Notes: a model not told the origin generated them from the sequence alone. A DNA stretch of 64,000 bases from Eubacteriales bacterium (GCA_045580305.1 JAZNNQ010000027.1:5772-69771); one strand, 5' to 3'. Numbered from the stretch's first letter, positions 35,749-46,549 are shown. A program made the numbers and translations.

Positions 35749-36726
35749 TCCTTTTATTTTGGGGATAAAGTGTTCTGCAAATTTAGCACAGCCGTCACGG
35801 TTTAAATGTCCTTGATCTGCAAAGTCGGTATCATTTAATATATCACAAGAAGAGATCGCAAAGTCGATAAAGGGAACATTAAACAGTTCTGCGATATCCG
35901 TGGTTTCTTCAAGCACTTTATCATAATAGGAAACACGGGAGAAAATCGTAGGTGGCAGGGGTGCGCTTGTTAAAATAACTTCAATTCCGTTTTCCTGTGC
36001 CAAATTAATAAGCTTTTTAAGATATTTCACCTGGCGCTCATTAAAGCCGCTGTACTCATAATCAAAGGGGTGAGCACTCTCCTCTAAAAGGGCGGGGTCC
36101 ACAACACCTGTTGAGGAGTAAAAACCGCGGCCTAAATATGCCTCGGGAACTTCGACGGGCGTTGGATTTTCCATAACGCTCTGGATCTTGCCGAAGGGAT
36201 TGAGCCAGTTGTTGTAATATGAAACCTTGCCGTCTAAATTCAGATTGCGCCAGAAATGTGCAATCGCGTTTTCCGACGGGCGAAGCTCCTTTAAAACGGT
36301 AAGTGCCTGCTCATTTGAGTATTCATCAAGCATTACCTTAAAGTACACATCGTAAATCAGATACTTGGGTGTCTGTGTTTTAAGCACCTCTTTTAAAAGG
36401 TAATAGGCGGTGTCCGGCTGCTGCAGAGCAGTGCCTAAATTAAAAGCGTTTAAACCAAGACTTTCCTCAATCTTATAGGGATCATAGGAGCACATAGCGT
36501 GGGAGGAGCCTAAAATAAGAAGGTCAAGGCTATCTTCGGGCAACGCGTAAAAATCCGACAGCTGACAAGCGACCACCTTTTGCGTTCCGTTGCGGGTATC
36601 AAAATGTGTGTCCAGTGCATATGCGGTAACGGATGCAGCGCCGTAAAGAGCCATAAGGGAGAGCACAAAAGCAATTATGCGCTTTAGGTAAATATTAAAA
36701 TTGGAAGTAGATGAAAGCTGTTTCAT
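35734..36726 (-). CDS. membrane-anchored SGNH/DltD-like O-acyl-transfer partner protein
   Basis: 330 aa. N-terminal TM anchor, LILGSSH (nucleophile Ser block), C-terminal DQGHLN (Asp/His block). Overlaps the MBOAT gene by 32 nt. Confidence 0.65.
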   Translation of the reverse strand: MKQLSSTSNFNIYLKRIIAFVLSLMALYGAASVTAYALDTHFDTRNGTQKVVACQLSDFYALPEDSLDLLILGSSHAMCSYDPYKIEESLGLNAFNLGTALQQPDTAYYLLKEVLKTQTPKYLIYDVYFKVMLDEYSNEQALTVLKELRPSENAIAHFWRNLNLDGKVSYYNNWLNPFGKIQSVMENPTPVEVPEAYLGRGFYSSTGVVDPALLEESAHPFDYEYSGFNERQVKYLKKLINLAQENGIEVILTSAPLPPTIFSRVSYYDKVLEETTDIAELFNVPFIDFAISSCDILNDTDFADQGHLNRDGCAKFAEHFIPKIKGTLTD

Positions 36727-38146
36727 TCACGGTCACTCCAAACATCATAATAAGGGCGAAAAGCGTTAAGTAACAAATGTAGCGGAAGCTACGGTGTGCA
36801 TAGAAAAAGCGGGAAATGGGGTTTGAATTTCGCGAAAAATACGAAATACCGGCAAAAAGAAGCGCGAGGAAAGAACAGGAAATAAGCTGGTATGTGGTAA
36901 AGGCAGAAGAAAGTCCCGCGAAATTAAGGGGAAATATGTGGGTTATAATATAAATCGCATCGGAAAGCGAATTTGCGCGGAAGAATATCCAGGAAAAGCA
37001 TATTAAAGTAAAGGTAACAGCCACTTTAAACAGCGTGTGCAACAGGGTCGGCAACTTTCCGAAAACCTTACCCGAAATCTTAGCGCGGAAATTCTTTGTA
37101 AGACGGCTTAAGCTGACATAAAGGCCGTTGACAGCACCCCATATTACAAATGTCCACTCAGCGCCGTGCCATAGACCGCTAAGGGTAAAGGTTATCATAT
37201 TATTTAAGAAGTATCGCGCTTTGCTGCAACGACTGCCGCCAAGGGGGATATACACATAGTCGCGGAACCAGGAAGAAAGGGAGATGTGCCATCTGCGCCA
37301 GAATTCGCCGGTTGTTTTTGAAAAATACGGGCGGTCAAAGTTTTTCATAAGGTCAAAGCCCATAATATTTGCGCTGCCTATTGCGATATCCGAATAGCCG
37401 GAGAAATCGCCGTAGATCTGAAGGGCGAATGCAACGGTAGCGACAATAAATGAAACACCTGAATGGTCCTGGGCGTTGTTGTAAACCGAATTGACAAGAA
37501 GTGCAAGGCGGTCGGCAATAACGATCTTCTTGAAAAGTCCCCATAAAATCATACGAAGGCCATACACCGCACGGGGCATATCGAAACGGTTTATTTTATG
37601 GAACTGATGCAGTAGATTTCCGGAGCGCTCGATAGGGCCTGCCACAAGTTGCGGGAAGAAGGAAACGAAAAGCGCGAAAATGCCAAAATGACGCTCTACC
37701 GGAGTGGCACCGCGATATACATCTATGGTGTAACTTAAGGTCTGGAAGGTAAAGAAGGAAATACCGACCGGCAGTAAAATTTCAAAATTCGGCAGATTTA
37801 TCGATGCATTGAATAAATCAAGGGTAGCGTTTATATTCTCGGTCAAAAAGCCTAAATATTTATAAAAGAACAGCACGCCGAAGCTTAAAATAAGATCGAT
37901 TGTGAGAATTAGCTTTCTTTTCTTCTTGTTCTGCTCTTTATCGATCAAAATCGCCGCAAAATAGTTGATAGCGGTGCAAAAAAGGATGAGCAGAGCATAT
38001 TCTGCTTTCCAGGACATATAAAAATAATAACTGGCGCCCAGAAGCAGAATCCAACGGTACTTTGGTGCAAGTAAAAAATATATAACCGCCACAAGTGGTA
38101 GGAAAATCAAATATTCAAATGAATTAAAAAGCAAATTCATCACCAT
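36695..38146 (-). CDS. MBOAT-family membrane O-acyltransferase (AlgI/DltB/PatA-like)
   Basis: About 480 aa and multi-TM. Has the conserved ...WRRWHISLS.WFRDY.YIPLGG... and ...GLWHG block with the catalytic His. An alternative ATG is at 38140. Confidence 0.9.
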   Translation of the reverse strand: MVMNLLFNSFEYLIFLPLVAVIYFLLAPKYRWILLLGASYYFYMSWKAEYALLILFCTAINYFAAILIDKEQNKKKRKLILTIDLILSFGVLFFYKYLGFLTENINATLDLFNASINLPNFEILLPVGISFFTFQTLSYTIDVYRGATPVERHFGIFALFVSFFPQLVAGPIERSGNLLHQFHKINRFDMPRAVYGLRMILWGLFKKIVIADRLALLVNSVYNNAQDHSGVSFIVATVAFALQIYGDFSGYSDIAIGSANIMGFDLMKNFDRPYFSKTTGEFWRRWHISLSSWFRDYVYIPLGGSRCSKARYFLNNMITFTLSGLWHGAEWTFVIWGAVNGLYVSLSRLTKNFRAKISGKVFGKLPTLLHTLFKVAVTFTLICFSWIFFRANSLSDAIYIITHIFPLNFAGLSSAFTTYQLISCSFLALLFAGISYFSRNSNPISRFFYAHRSFRYICYLTLFALIMMFGVTVNETAFIYFQF

Positions 38147-38455
38147 CCTATCAACTATATAAAAGTATACAATTATAAAAAATTTATGTCAATGGAATGG
38201 TTTGCAAAAGATATTAATTTATGATATGCTTGTGCTACAATAGGGACAAATAATTATTTATCCTTGCCTTTTTCATCAAATTTATAAGGCAAGGCAGGAA
38301 TAACTGTAATACCATACTATAGTGTATCCCTTGTAAAATAAGGAAAAGTATGGTATGATTTCTTATATAAAAGTATGACTTTTGTCATACATGGATATTT
38401 TTATAATTTAAAGGTTGAAATTTATTTTTTAATAAACACAAGGAGGTTATTAGAA

Positions 38456-39022
38456 ATGTTGACGCACAAAGGTACTAAAACATTATATACTAATAGATTG
38501 ATTTTGCGTAGGTTTACTGTCGATGATGCCGAAGATATGTTTTATAACTGGGCAAACGATGAAAAAGTCACTCGTTTCTTAACTTGGCAACCACATGAAT
38601 CTGTAGAGGTTACAAGACAAATGTTAGAAGGCTGGGTAGGAGCTTATGATAACATTAAAACATATAATTGGGTTATATCATTTGATAAAAAAGCTATTGG
38701 TAGCATAAGTGTGGTTAGATTGAGCGATAAATGCGAATATGCAGAACTTGGGTACTGTCTGGGTTATGAATATTGGAATAATGGTTTTATGTCAGAGGCT
38801 GCCAATGCCGTTATTGAATATTTGTTTTCTGAAATAGGTGTTAATCGTGTAGGCATATCTCATGCTACAGAGAATCCAGGTTCGGGAAAAGTAGCTCAAA
38901 AATGCGGTATGATTTATGAGGGGACTAAGCGTGAATACTTTAAAACCTCAACAGGTAAATTTGTTGATATAGCGGACTACGGTATTTTAAGAAGTGAGTG
39001 GAAAAACAATAAATTGAAATGA
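38456..39022 (+). CDS. GNAT-family N-acetyltransferase (RimJ/RimL-like)
   Basis: Start refined to MLTHKGTKTLYTNRLILRRF (AGGAGG upstream). Acetyl-CoA pocket region ...GVNRVGISHATENPGSGKVAQKCGM. AT-rich. Confidence 0.8.
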   Translation: MLTHKGTKTLYTNRLILRRFTVDDAEDMFYNWANDEKVTRFLTWQPHESVEVTRQMLEGWVGAYDNIKTYNWVISFDKKAIGSISVVRLSDKCEYAELGYCLGYEYWNNGFMSEAANAVIEYLFSEIGVNRVGISHATENPGSGKVAQKCGMIYEGTKREYFKTSTGKFVDIADYGILRSEWKNNKLK

Positions 39023-39075
39023 TTTGTCCCTGATTTAACACAAGCATAAAATTGCAATAAGAGGTGAGATGAAAA

Positions 39076-39549
39076 ATGAGAAAAACGATTTGCATTTTAT
39101 TATCATTCCTGCTTTTTATGTCCCTTGCGGCTTGCGGGGAAAATGAGGTTGCTCCGCCGGAAGAAGAGAGCAATGAGCCAATATATTACGAGGGCCACGG
39201 GATAAAAATGGAGATCCCGGCCATATGGGAGGACACTTTCGTATCATATTATAAGGAATTCGGCGAGGGTAGTACAGCATATACAAGCCTTGAATTCTAT
39301 ACGATAATAAACGGTGACGAGGCGGGCGTTTTGACCATCGCTTCTTTTAATGAGGAGTCCTGGGAATTAGCGCGCCGGACAATGCCCGAGGCCGAGGATA
39401 TGAAGATTGGCACATCAAGTGACGGAAAAACCCACTACACCATACGCTTTGCGGATACTAAGTTTGAGAACAGTGCGGATCAGGAAAAGTTTGACCGTTT
39501 AGTTGAAAAGGCGAAGGAAAAGAAGGACACGATACAAATTTTAAATTAA
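39076..39549 (+). CDS. lipoprotein of unknown function
   Basis: Lipobox LSLAAC|G after a hydrophobic signal. 157 aa. Confidence 0.6.
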   Translation: MRKTICILLSFLLFMSLAACGENEVAPPEEESNEPIYYEGHGIKMEIPAIWEDTFVSYYKEFGEGSTAYTSLEFYTIINGDEAGVLTIASFNEESWELARRTMPEAEDMKIGTSSDGKTHYTIRFADTKFENSADQEKFDRLVEKAKEKKDTIQILN

Positions 39550-39552
39550 ATA

Positions 39553-39600
39553 AAAAGGCACGGCTTTGGATATCCAAAGCCGTGCCTTTTTTATTTTTTT
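39553..39600 (+). terminator. intrinsic terminator
   Basis: Long perfect stem aaaaggcacggctttgga/tccaaagccgtgcctttt plus a T-run. Confidence 0.9.
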
Positions 39601-39674
39601 GCCACATAAGGAATAGTGCGGGCATAAAACGGTGAAAATGTATTAGAACACTTAAATTAAAAAGGAGAAGGATT

Positions 39675-40757
39675 ATGAAAAAATATTTAGCATTATGTAT
39701 GTGTATTTTTCTTGTTTTATCCCTTTGTGCTTGCGGAGGTGGCGACGCAACGGGTGATCCCGACGCTAAATTTGTCGGCGTTGCAATGCCTAACAAGGCG
39801 TTTCAGCGCTGGAATCAGGACGGTGCCAATATGAAGCGCGCCCTTGAGGAAAAAGGATATCGTGTAGAGCTTCAGTATGCGGAAAACGATGTGAACACTC
39901 AGGTATCGCAGATCGAGAATATGATAACCAAGCAGGTGGATATCCTTGTTATCGCCGCGATTGATGGCTCGGCACTCAGCGATGTATTAAAGCAGGCAAA
40001 GGCCAATGACATCAAGGTAATCGCTTATGACCGCCTTATAATGAATTCCGAAAATGTAGATTATTACGCCACCTTTGACAACGAAAAGGTGGGCAAGCTC
40101 CAGGGCGAATTTTTAATTGAAAAGTTAAAGTTAAACGAGGATGTAGGGCCGTATAATATCGAATTTTTCGCAGGTTCACCGGATGATAACAACGCGGTTT
40201 ATTTCTACAAGGGTGCAATTGAGACCCTTCGCCCCTATATCGACGCGGGGAAATTAAAAGTGCCCAGCGGCCAGACGGATTTTGCGAAGGTAGCGATAAA
40301 TTCCTGGAAATCCGAGCAGGCACAGGCACGAATGGACAATCTGCTCACCGCACATTATGCATCCGGCAATAAATTGGATGCCATTCTCGCATCTAATGAT
40401 ACTCTTGCAATCGGTATTCTTGCATCCCTTAAAAATATCGGCTATAACGGTAAGGATAAGCCCTTCCCCATAATCACCGGTCAGGATTGTGACCGCCCCA
40501 ATGTGGTTGCGATCAAAAACGGCGAGCAGGCGATGAGCGTATTCAAGGACACCCGCACCTTAGCGGATAAGGTCGTAGGAATGGTGGACGCCCTGCTTTC
40601 CGGCAAAGAGGCAGAGGTAAATGACACCCAGACCTATGACAACGGCGCAAAGATCGTGCCTACCTATCTTTGCTCACCGGTAATCGTAATCGTTGACAAT
40701 TATAAGGAAACACTTGTTGACTCGGGATATTACAGCGAAGCGGAAATTTCAAAATAA
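39675..40757 (+). CDS. sugar ABC transporter substrate-binding lipoprotein, ChvE/multiple-monosaccharide family
   Basis: Lipobox LSLCAC|G. Long stretches recalled as near-identical to A. tumefaciens ChvE (IENM.TK.V..LVIA.IDG..LSDVLKQA...IKVIAYDRLI, YYATFDN, SPDDNNA, ARMDNLL). Similarity is recalled, not computed. Confidence 0.85.
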   Translation: MKKYLALCMCIFLVLSLCACGGGDATGDPDAKFVGVAMPNKAFQRWNQDGANMKRALEEKGYRVELQYAENDVNTQVSQIENMITKQVDILVIAAIDGSALSDVLKQAKANDIKVIAYDRLIMNSENVDYYATFDNEKVGKLQGEFLIEKLKLNEDVGPYNIEFFAGSPDDNNAVYFYKGAIETLRPYIDAGKLKVPSGQTDFAKVAINSWKSEQAQARMDNLLTAHYASGNKLDAILASNDTLAIGILASLKNIGYNGKDKPFPIITGQDCDRPNVVAIKNGEQAMSVFKDTRTLADKVVGMVDALLSGKEAEVNDTQTYDNGAKIVPTYLCSPVIVIVDNYKETLVDSGYYSEAEISK

Positions 40758-40805
40758 AAATTTGACGGCGCCATAGGGCGCCGGGGACATAGGAGGTCGA
40801 AGGAT

Positions 40806-42341
40806 TTGGAAAAATATATTCTGGAAATGCGGAATATTGTAAAGGAATTTCCCGGTGTACGCGCCTTGAACAAGGTGAATTTAAAGGTGAAAAGGGGCAC
40901 TATCCACGCGTTATGCGGCGAAAATGGCGCGGGTAAGTCCACACTTATGAAGGTGCTCAGCGGAATTCATCCTGCAGGCTCATATGAAGGCGAGATTATT
41001 TTTGACGGAAAGCTCTGTAAATTCAACGGTGTCCGCGACAGTGAGGAGCAGGGAATTGCCATAATTCACCAGGAACTTGCAACCATTCCCGACCTATCCA
41101 TTGCCGAGAATATATTTTTAGGTAACGAGCGAGAGGTAAGAGGTGTAATCGACTGGGAAAAAACCGGAAGAGATGCACGGGAAATAATGCAAAAGGTGGG
41201 ACTAAAAGAGGAGCCCACCAAGAAAATTTCTTCCCTTTCCGTTGGTAAGCAGCAGCTTTGCGAAATAGCAAAAGCACTTGCAAAGGACGCGCAACTTTTA
41301 ATTTTAGACGAGCCTACCGCCTCGCTCAACGAAGATGACTCGGAAAATTTGCTGAAACTTCTTTGTGAGCTGAGAGCGCGCGGTATAACCTCGATTATTA
41401 TTTCCCACAAGCTAAATGAAATCGAAAAGGTAGCGGATGAAATAACGGTTATCCGTGACGGCACGACAATTGAGACGCTCAGCCACGAAAAGGGAGAAAT
41501 AAAGGAGGAGCGCATAATCCGCGGTATGGTGGGTCGTGAGATAAACGACCGATTTCCAAAACGCGAGCATAATATAGGTGCAGTATCTTTTGAAATTAAA
41601 AACTGGACGGTGGAAGACCCTGAAATCCCGGGTAGAAAACGCCTTGACAACATAAACTTAAAGGTGCATCGCGGCGAGGTCATAGGTATTGCGGGCCTTA
41701 TGGGTGCGGGAAGAACCGAACTTGCAATGAGCGTTTTCGGCCGCCTTTACGGAACGAAAATAAGCGGCGAGATAATAAAGGACAGGAAGTCGATTACCCT
41801 TACCAATGTAAAGGATGCCATAAAAAACGGTATTGCATATGTGACCGAGGACAGAAAAAGTTCGGGCCTTATTTTAGAGGAGGATATCCGCCGCAACATA
41901 ACTCTTGCAAATATGAAAAAGGTCAGTAAGAGCGGAGTTATAGATGCGGATATGGAAAACGCTGTGGGCGAGGAATATAAAGAAAAGCTGGGAATAAAAT
42001 GCTCCAGCATATTCCAGCTTGCAGGTAATTTATCCGGCGGTAATCAGCAGAAGGTGGTGCTCAGTAAATGGATACTTACCGAGCCGGATGTGCTCATATT
42101 GGATGAGCCCACCCGCGGCATTGATGTAGGTGCGAAATACGAGATATACACGGTGATAAACAAGCTGGTAGCAGATGGAAAGAGCGTTATAATAATCTCC
42201 TCGGAGTTACCCGAGGTACTTGGTATCAGCGATCGGGTGTATGTAATGAACGAGGGGAAGATCGTGGGGCATTTAATTGGTAAGGATGCTACGCCCGAGC
42301 GGGTAATGAGCGCCATTATGGCAAATCAACGGGTAGACTAA
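40806..42341 (+). CDS. sugar ABC transporter ATP-binding protein (two fused ABC domains, GguA/XylG-like)
   Basis: TTG start 9 nt after [15 protein letters not shown] Walker A, LSVGKQQ signature, a second domain with [14 protein letters not shown] x2. Confidence 0.92.
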   Translation: MEKYILEMRNIVKEFPGVRALNKVNLKVKRGTIHALCGENGAGKSTLMKVLSGIHPAGSYEGEIIFDGKLCKFNGVRDSEEQGIAIIHQELATIPDLSIAENIFLGNEREVRGVIDWEKTGRDAREIMQKVGLKEEPTKKISSLSVGKQQLCEIAKALAKDAQLLILDEPTASLNEDDSENLLKLLCELRARGITSIIISHKLNEIEKVADEITVIRDGTTIETLSHEKGEIKEERIIRGMVGREINDRFPKREHNIGAVSFEIKNWTVEDPEIPGRKRLDNINLKVHRGEVIGIAGLMGAGRTELAMSVFGRLYGTKISGEIIKDRKSITLTNVKDAIKNGIAYVTEDRKSSGLILEEDIRRNITLANMKKVSKSGVIDADMENAVGEEYKEKLGIKCSSIFQLAGNLSGGNQQKVVLSKWILTEPDVLILDEPTRGIDVGAKYEIYTVINKLVADGKSVIIISSELPEVLGISDRVYVMNEGKIVGHLIGKDATPERVMSAIMANQRVD

Positions 42342-42357
42342 AAGGAGTTTTAAGGTT

Positions 42358-43512
42358 ATGGATAAACTAAAAGGAAAAATAAAGGTAGGCACCAATATTC
42401 GCCAGTTCAGCATGCTTATTGCCCTTATCGTAATTATGGTGTTCTTCCAATGGCTTACCGACGGTATACTTTTAACGCCGCAAAATGTGACAAATCTGAT
42501 CATGCAGAACGGATATGTAATAATCCTTACCATTGGTATGCTGCTCTGTATTTTAAGTAGCGGCAGCATCGATTTGTCCGTAGGCTCGGTGGTAGCGTTT
42601 ATCGGCGCGGTTTTAGGTGAGCTTATAGTTGAAATGGGATTTAGCACATATATTGCAATCCCCATCGCCCTCATTGTGGGCGGTCTTATCGGTGCTTGGC
42701 AGGGCTTTTGGATCGCGTATATGCGCATCCCGGCGTTTATTGTTACCCTTGCGGGTATGCTCGTGTTCCGCGGACTTACCCAGCTTGTGCTTCAGGGTCA
42801 TACGGTATCCCCCTTCCCGGAGGAGTTCAACTTCATCTCCTCGGGATTTGTAGCAACACCGATAACCGCCATTATCCTCGGCGCGGCGGCGATACTGATC
42901 TATGTGTTTATGAGTATCCGCCGCAGAATTAAGAAGCGAAAAAACGGGTTTGCTGTGTCAGGCCTTCCGTTTTTTGTCCTATCACTTATTGCAGTGTCCA
43001 CCGCAATTGCGCTGTTTGCGATTTGGCTGTCACTTTATAAGGGCGTGCCCATTGTTTTGGTGCTTATGCTGGCGCTAATCATCGCATATTCCTTTTTTAC
43101 CAGCAAAACCGTGCCGGGCAGATATTTATACGCTATGGGTGGCAACGAAAAGGCGGCGATACTTTCGGGTATCAAGACAAAAAAAGTGCTGTTTTACACC
43201 TTTGTGAATATGTCGGTACTGGCATCTGTGGCGGGTATCGTTTACACCTCGCGCCTGCAGGCGGCAACACCTACAGCGGGCCTTAACTTCGAGTTGGACG
43301 CCATCGCCGCCTGCTTTATCGGCGGAGCGTCAAGCTCAGGCGGTGTGGGTACGATAATCGGTGCAATAATCGGTGCTCTGGTTATGGGTGTTTTAAACAA
43401 CGGACTTTCCATTATGGGTGTCGGATCGGATCTGGTACAGACCATAAAAGGCTTGGTACTCCTCGCGGCAGTAGTGTTTGATATCGTGTCAAAAAACCGG
43501 GCAAAAGCATAA
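42358..43512 (+). CDS. sugar ABC transporter permease (GguB/XylH-like)
   Basis: 384 aa, about 10 TM, branched-chain/monosaccharide permease family pattern (IDLSVGS..., GG.G...G). Confidence 0.9.
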   Translation: MDKLKGKIKVGTNIRQFSMLIALIVIMVFFQWLTDGILLTPQNVTNLIMQNGYVIILTIGMLLCILSSGSIDLSVGSVVAFIGAVLGELIVEMGFSTYIAIPIALIVGGLIGAWQGFWIAYMRIPAFIVTLAGMLVFRGLTQLVLQGHTVSPFPEEFNFISSGFVATPITAIILGAAAILIYVFMSIRRRIKKRKNGFAVSGLPFFVLSLIAVSTAIALFAIWLSLYKGVPIVLVLMLALIIAYSFFTSKTVPGRYLYAMGGNEKAAILSGIKTKKVLFYTFVNMSVLASVAGIVYTSRLQAATPTAGLNFELDAIAACFIGGASSSGGVGTIIGAIIGALVMGVLNNGLSIMGVGSDLVQTIKGLVLLAAVVFDIVSKNRAKA

Positions 43513-43541
43513 AAAAGAACCGCCGTAAGGCGGTTCTTTTG
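43511..43541. terminator. bidirectional intrinsic terminator (ABC operon / argS)
   Basis: gaaccgcc-gtaa-ggcggttc flanked by an A-run and a T-run. Confidence 0.85.
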
Positions 43542-43544
43542 ATT

Positions 43545-45314
43545 TTACATATGATCGGGAATGTCGATTGCAAGAATGTCCAGAAGAGCGCTCATCATCT
43601 TGTGAGTAAGCTCTAAAAGTGAGAGCCAGGACGCACGGCGCGCGGCATCCTCTTCTGTGAGGATCTTATTTTCGTGGTAGAAGCGGTTGAATGCGCCTGC
43701 AATATCAAAAAGCACCTCACAAATTCCGGTGGGAGCCTTCTCGTCAAATGCGCGGAGAAGAACATCGCCAACGCTTGCAAGCTTTAAAATGAGCGCACGC
43801 TCAGCAGCACCGGAGGGCGGTAAAAGCTCACCGCTTACAATGCCCTGCTCCTTTGCCTTGCTTAAAACAGAGGAAATACGGACAACACAGTACTGGAGAT
43901 AGGGGCCGGTTTTACCCTCACTTGCGAGGAAACGGTCCATATCGAAGACATAGTCCTTTGCGGGCTGGTTGATAAGATCACCGAACTTAAGCGCCGCAAT
44001 ACCTACCTTCTCAGCCTCAAGCTTCTTTTCCTCGTCGGAAATATCGCGCATAACCTCGGACTCGTTCATTTTTGCAAGTGCGGCCGCACTTACGGTTTCA
44101 ATGAGGTCGGAAAGCCTCATAACGCCGCCGTCGCGGGTCTTGTAGGGCTTGCCGTCCTTGCCGTTCATAGTACCGAAGCCGATGTGATGTAATTTAACAT
44201 TCTCACCGACGAATTTAGCGCGGCGGGTCGCGCGGAATACCTGCTTGAAATGGAGCGCCTGACGCTGGTCGACAACATACCAGATCTCATCCGGATCAAA
44301 GTCGCGAACACGCTGGATAATGGTTGCAATATCGGTTGTGCCGTAAAGCTGACTGCCGTCGGACTTGCTGATAATGATCGGGGGGATTTCCTCCTTATCA
44401 TCCTCAAGTGCCACATCCACAATAAGTGCACCGTCACTTAAATATGCAAGACCCTGTTCCTTTAAGGAATTAATCATATCATCAACATATGGAGCGGAAT
44501 CGCTTTCACCGAGCCATTTGTCAAACTCCACATTGAGCTTTGCATAGCTCTTTTTAAGGTCAGAAACCGAGATTTCAAGGAATTTTTTCCAAAGGGCAAC
44601 ATAGCCGCGACGACCGTTTTGCAGGTCGTAGGTAGCTTTCTGTGCAACCTTCTTAAACTCCTCATCCTCTTTAGAACGGGCACTTGCGGCAGGATATAGG
44701 GTGTTTAACTCGTCAATTGTAACCGGTGCTTCCTCGGGATACTCACCGGTATAGTTTTCATCAAAATAGCAAAGCTCGGGGTGCTTATCCTCGAGTCCTG
44801 CAATGATAAGACCCATCTGAAGACCCCAGTCGCCAAGATGCACATCGCCGATTACCTCGTGACCAAGGAACTTCGCAAGGCGCTTGAGTGCCTCACCGAT
44901 AATCGCGGTACGAAGGTGTCCGATATGAAGCGGCTTTGCAACATTGGGGCCACCGTAGTCGATAACGATGGTTGAGGGTTTATCGGCAAGGGGCAGACAA
45001 AGACGACCGTCCCCCAGCATCTCGCTTGAATACTGTGCAAGATAGGTGTCGGAAACATCCATATTGATAAATCCGGGAGGTGCGTAATTTACCTTGCCGA
45101 AAATTTCTTCATTTTCAAGAAGTGCGCAAACCTCACCTGCGATAGCAATGGGATTTTTGCGGTATTTTTTAGCAGCTGCAAGTGCGCCGTTACACTGGAA
45201 CTGGCACAGATCCTCGCGGTTTGACACGGTAACCGTGCCAAGAGCTGCGTCGTATCCGCATTTTTCAAAGGCTGCACTGACAATTTCGCTTAAGTGCTGT
45301 TTAAGTGTTAACAT
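43545..45314 (-). CDS. argS: arginine--tRNA ligase
   Basis: Class I HIGH (PLHIGHLR) and a degenerate KMSK region. Start refined to the ATG at 45314 (MLTLKQHL). Confidence 0.95.
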   Translation of the reverse strand: MLTLKQHLSEIVSAAFEKCGYDAALGTVTVSNREDLCQFQCNGALAAAKKYRKNPIAIAGEVCALLENEEIFGKVNYAPPGFINMDVSDTYLAQYSSEMLGDGRLCLPLADKPSTIVIDYGGPNVAKPLHIGHLRTAIIGEALKRLAKFLGHEVIGDVHLGDWGLQMGLIIAGLEDKHPELCYFDENYTGEYPEEAPVTIDELNTLYPAASARSKEDEEFKKVAQKATYDLQNGRRGYVALWKKFLEISVSDLKKSYAKLNVEFDKWLGESDSAPYVDDMINSLKEQGLAYLSDGALIVDVALEDDKEEIPPIIISKSDGSQLYGTTDIATIIQRVRDFDPDEIWYVVDQRQALHFKQVFRATRRAKFVGENVKLHHIGFGTMNGKDGKPYKTRDGGVMRLSDLIETVSAAALAKMNESEVMRDISDEEKKLEAEKVGIAALKFGDLINQPAKDYVFDMDRFLASEGKTGPYLQYCVVRISSVLSKAKEQGIVSGELLPPSGAAERALILKLASVGDVLLRAFDEKAPTGICEVLFDIAGAFNRFYHENKILTEEDAARRASWLSLLELTHKMMSALLDILAIDIPDHM

Positions 45315-45346
45315 TAAAAATTCCCGTCCTTTGGTTGACAATTAGT

Positions 45347-46549
45347 TTAAATGATAAATTTGCTCATCAGATCGTGGCCAAACTCAATGGAAATGCCGGT
45401 TGTAGCGGCGTTTTTCTCGCTGTATTCAAGACCTGACTTTTCTTTTTCCTCGCTGCTGTATATAACATAAGGAATTTTATCTATAGTGTGTGTGCGCTTA
45501 ACGATGGGGGTCGCGTGGTCGGGCATAAGCAGAATACGGTAAGGCTCATTCATACTGTCAAGCTTTGCCTTGACCGGCGTTAAAATCTCCTCATCAATTC
45601 GCTCAATAGCCTTTATTTTAAGCTCTGTATCACCGTCGTGACCGCACTCATCCGGTGCCTCCACATGGATAAATACAAAATCATCATCATTAAGGGCATT
45701 GATGGCAGCTGTTGCCTTGCCGGCATAGTTGGTATAGTAGTCGCCGGTTGCACCATCTACCGGAATGTAGCGAAGGCCCATACCGTTTGCCAGACCTGCA
45801 ATAAGGGGCACCGCGGTAACCACCGAGCCGGAGATACCGTATTTGCTCTCAAAAAGATCGATCTGCGGGCGGGTGCCTTCACCCCAAAGCCACATACAGT
45901 TAGCCGGCTTTAAGCCCTTTGCCATTCTTGCAATATTTACCGGATGGTTCATAAGGATATCGTAGCTGCGCTTCATCATCGAAAGCACTTGCTCGCCGTA
46001 TTTGCCACCGGGGAGATAATTTGTAATCTTCTGATCCAGAATATCGTGGGGCGGCATCATAGTGTAGCCGTAGTCGATACCCTTCCAGATCAAAACATGG
46101 CGATAGCTTACGCCGCGGTGGAAATGGAGCTTATCACTTCCGAATTCAGCCTTCAGAGCATCAAGAAGCTCGTAAGCTTCCTCGTTTGTAATTTTGTCGG
46201 AGCTGTGGTCGAGCATAACCTTTTCTTCAAAGGCACCGTCGGTTGAAATGCTTACTAAGTTAAGGCGAAAAACGGTATCATCATCGCAAAGCTTAATGCC
46301 GAGCCCTAACGCCTCAATGGGGGAGCGGCCGGTATAATACTTTTTCGGGTCATAGCCTAAAACCGAAAGGTTGGCAATATCACTGCCGGTGGGCAGGCCT
46401 TCATAAAGGGTGCGCACCAAGCCTAACTCTCCGTTTTGACAGAGATAATTCATAGTGGGCTTTTTTGCGACCTCAAGCGGTGTTTTGTCATCAAGGGCGG
46501 CGATGGGGTAATCCGCCATGCCGTCACCTAGCATAACAACATATTTCAT
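45347..46549 (-). CDS. apgM: cofactor-independent phosphoglycerate mutase, archaeal-type (ApgM family)
   Basis: 400 aa. MKYVVMLGDGMAD...KTPLE.A..P.M and the C-terminal ...HVEAPDECGH.G. are typical of this metalloenzyme family. Confidence 0.8.
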   Translation of the reverse strand: MKYVVMLGDGMADYPIAALDDKTPLEVAKKPTMNYLCQNGELGLVRTLYEGLPTGSDIANLSVLGYDPKKYYTGRSPIEALGLGIKLCDDDTVFRLNLVSISTDGAFEEKVMLDHSSDKITNEEAYELLDALKAEFGSDKLHFHRGVSYRHVLIWKGIDYGYTMMPPHDILDQKITNYLPGGKYGEQVLSMMKRSYDILMNHPVNIARMAKGLKPANCMWLWGEGTRPQIDLFESKYGISGSVVTAVPLIAGLANGMGLRYIPVDGATGDYYTNYAGKATAAINALNDDDFVFIHVEAPDECGHDGDTELKIKAIERIDEEILTPVKAKLDSMNEPYRILLMPDHATPIVKRTHTIDKIPYVIYSSEEKEKSGLEYSEKNAATTGISIEFGHDLMSKFII

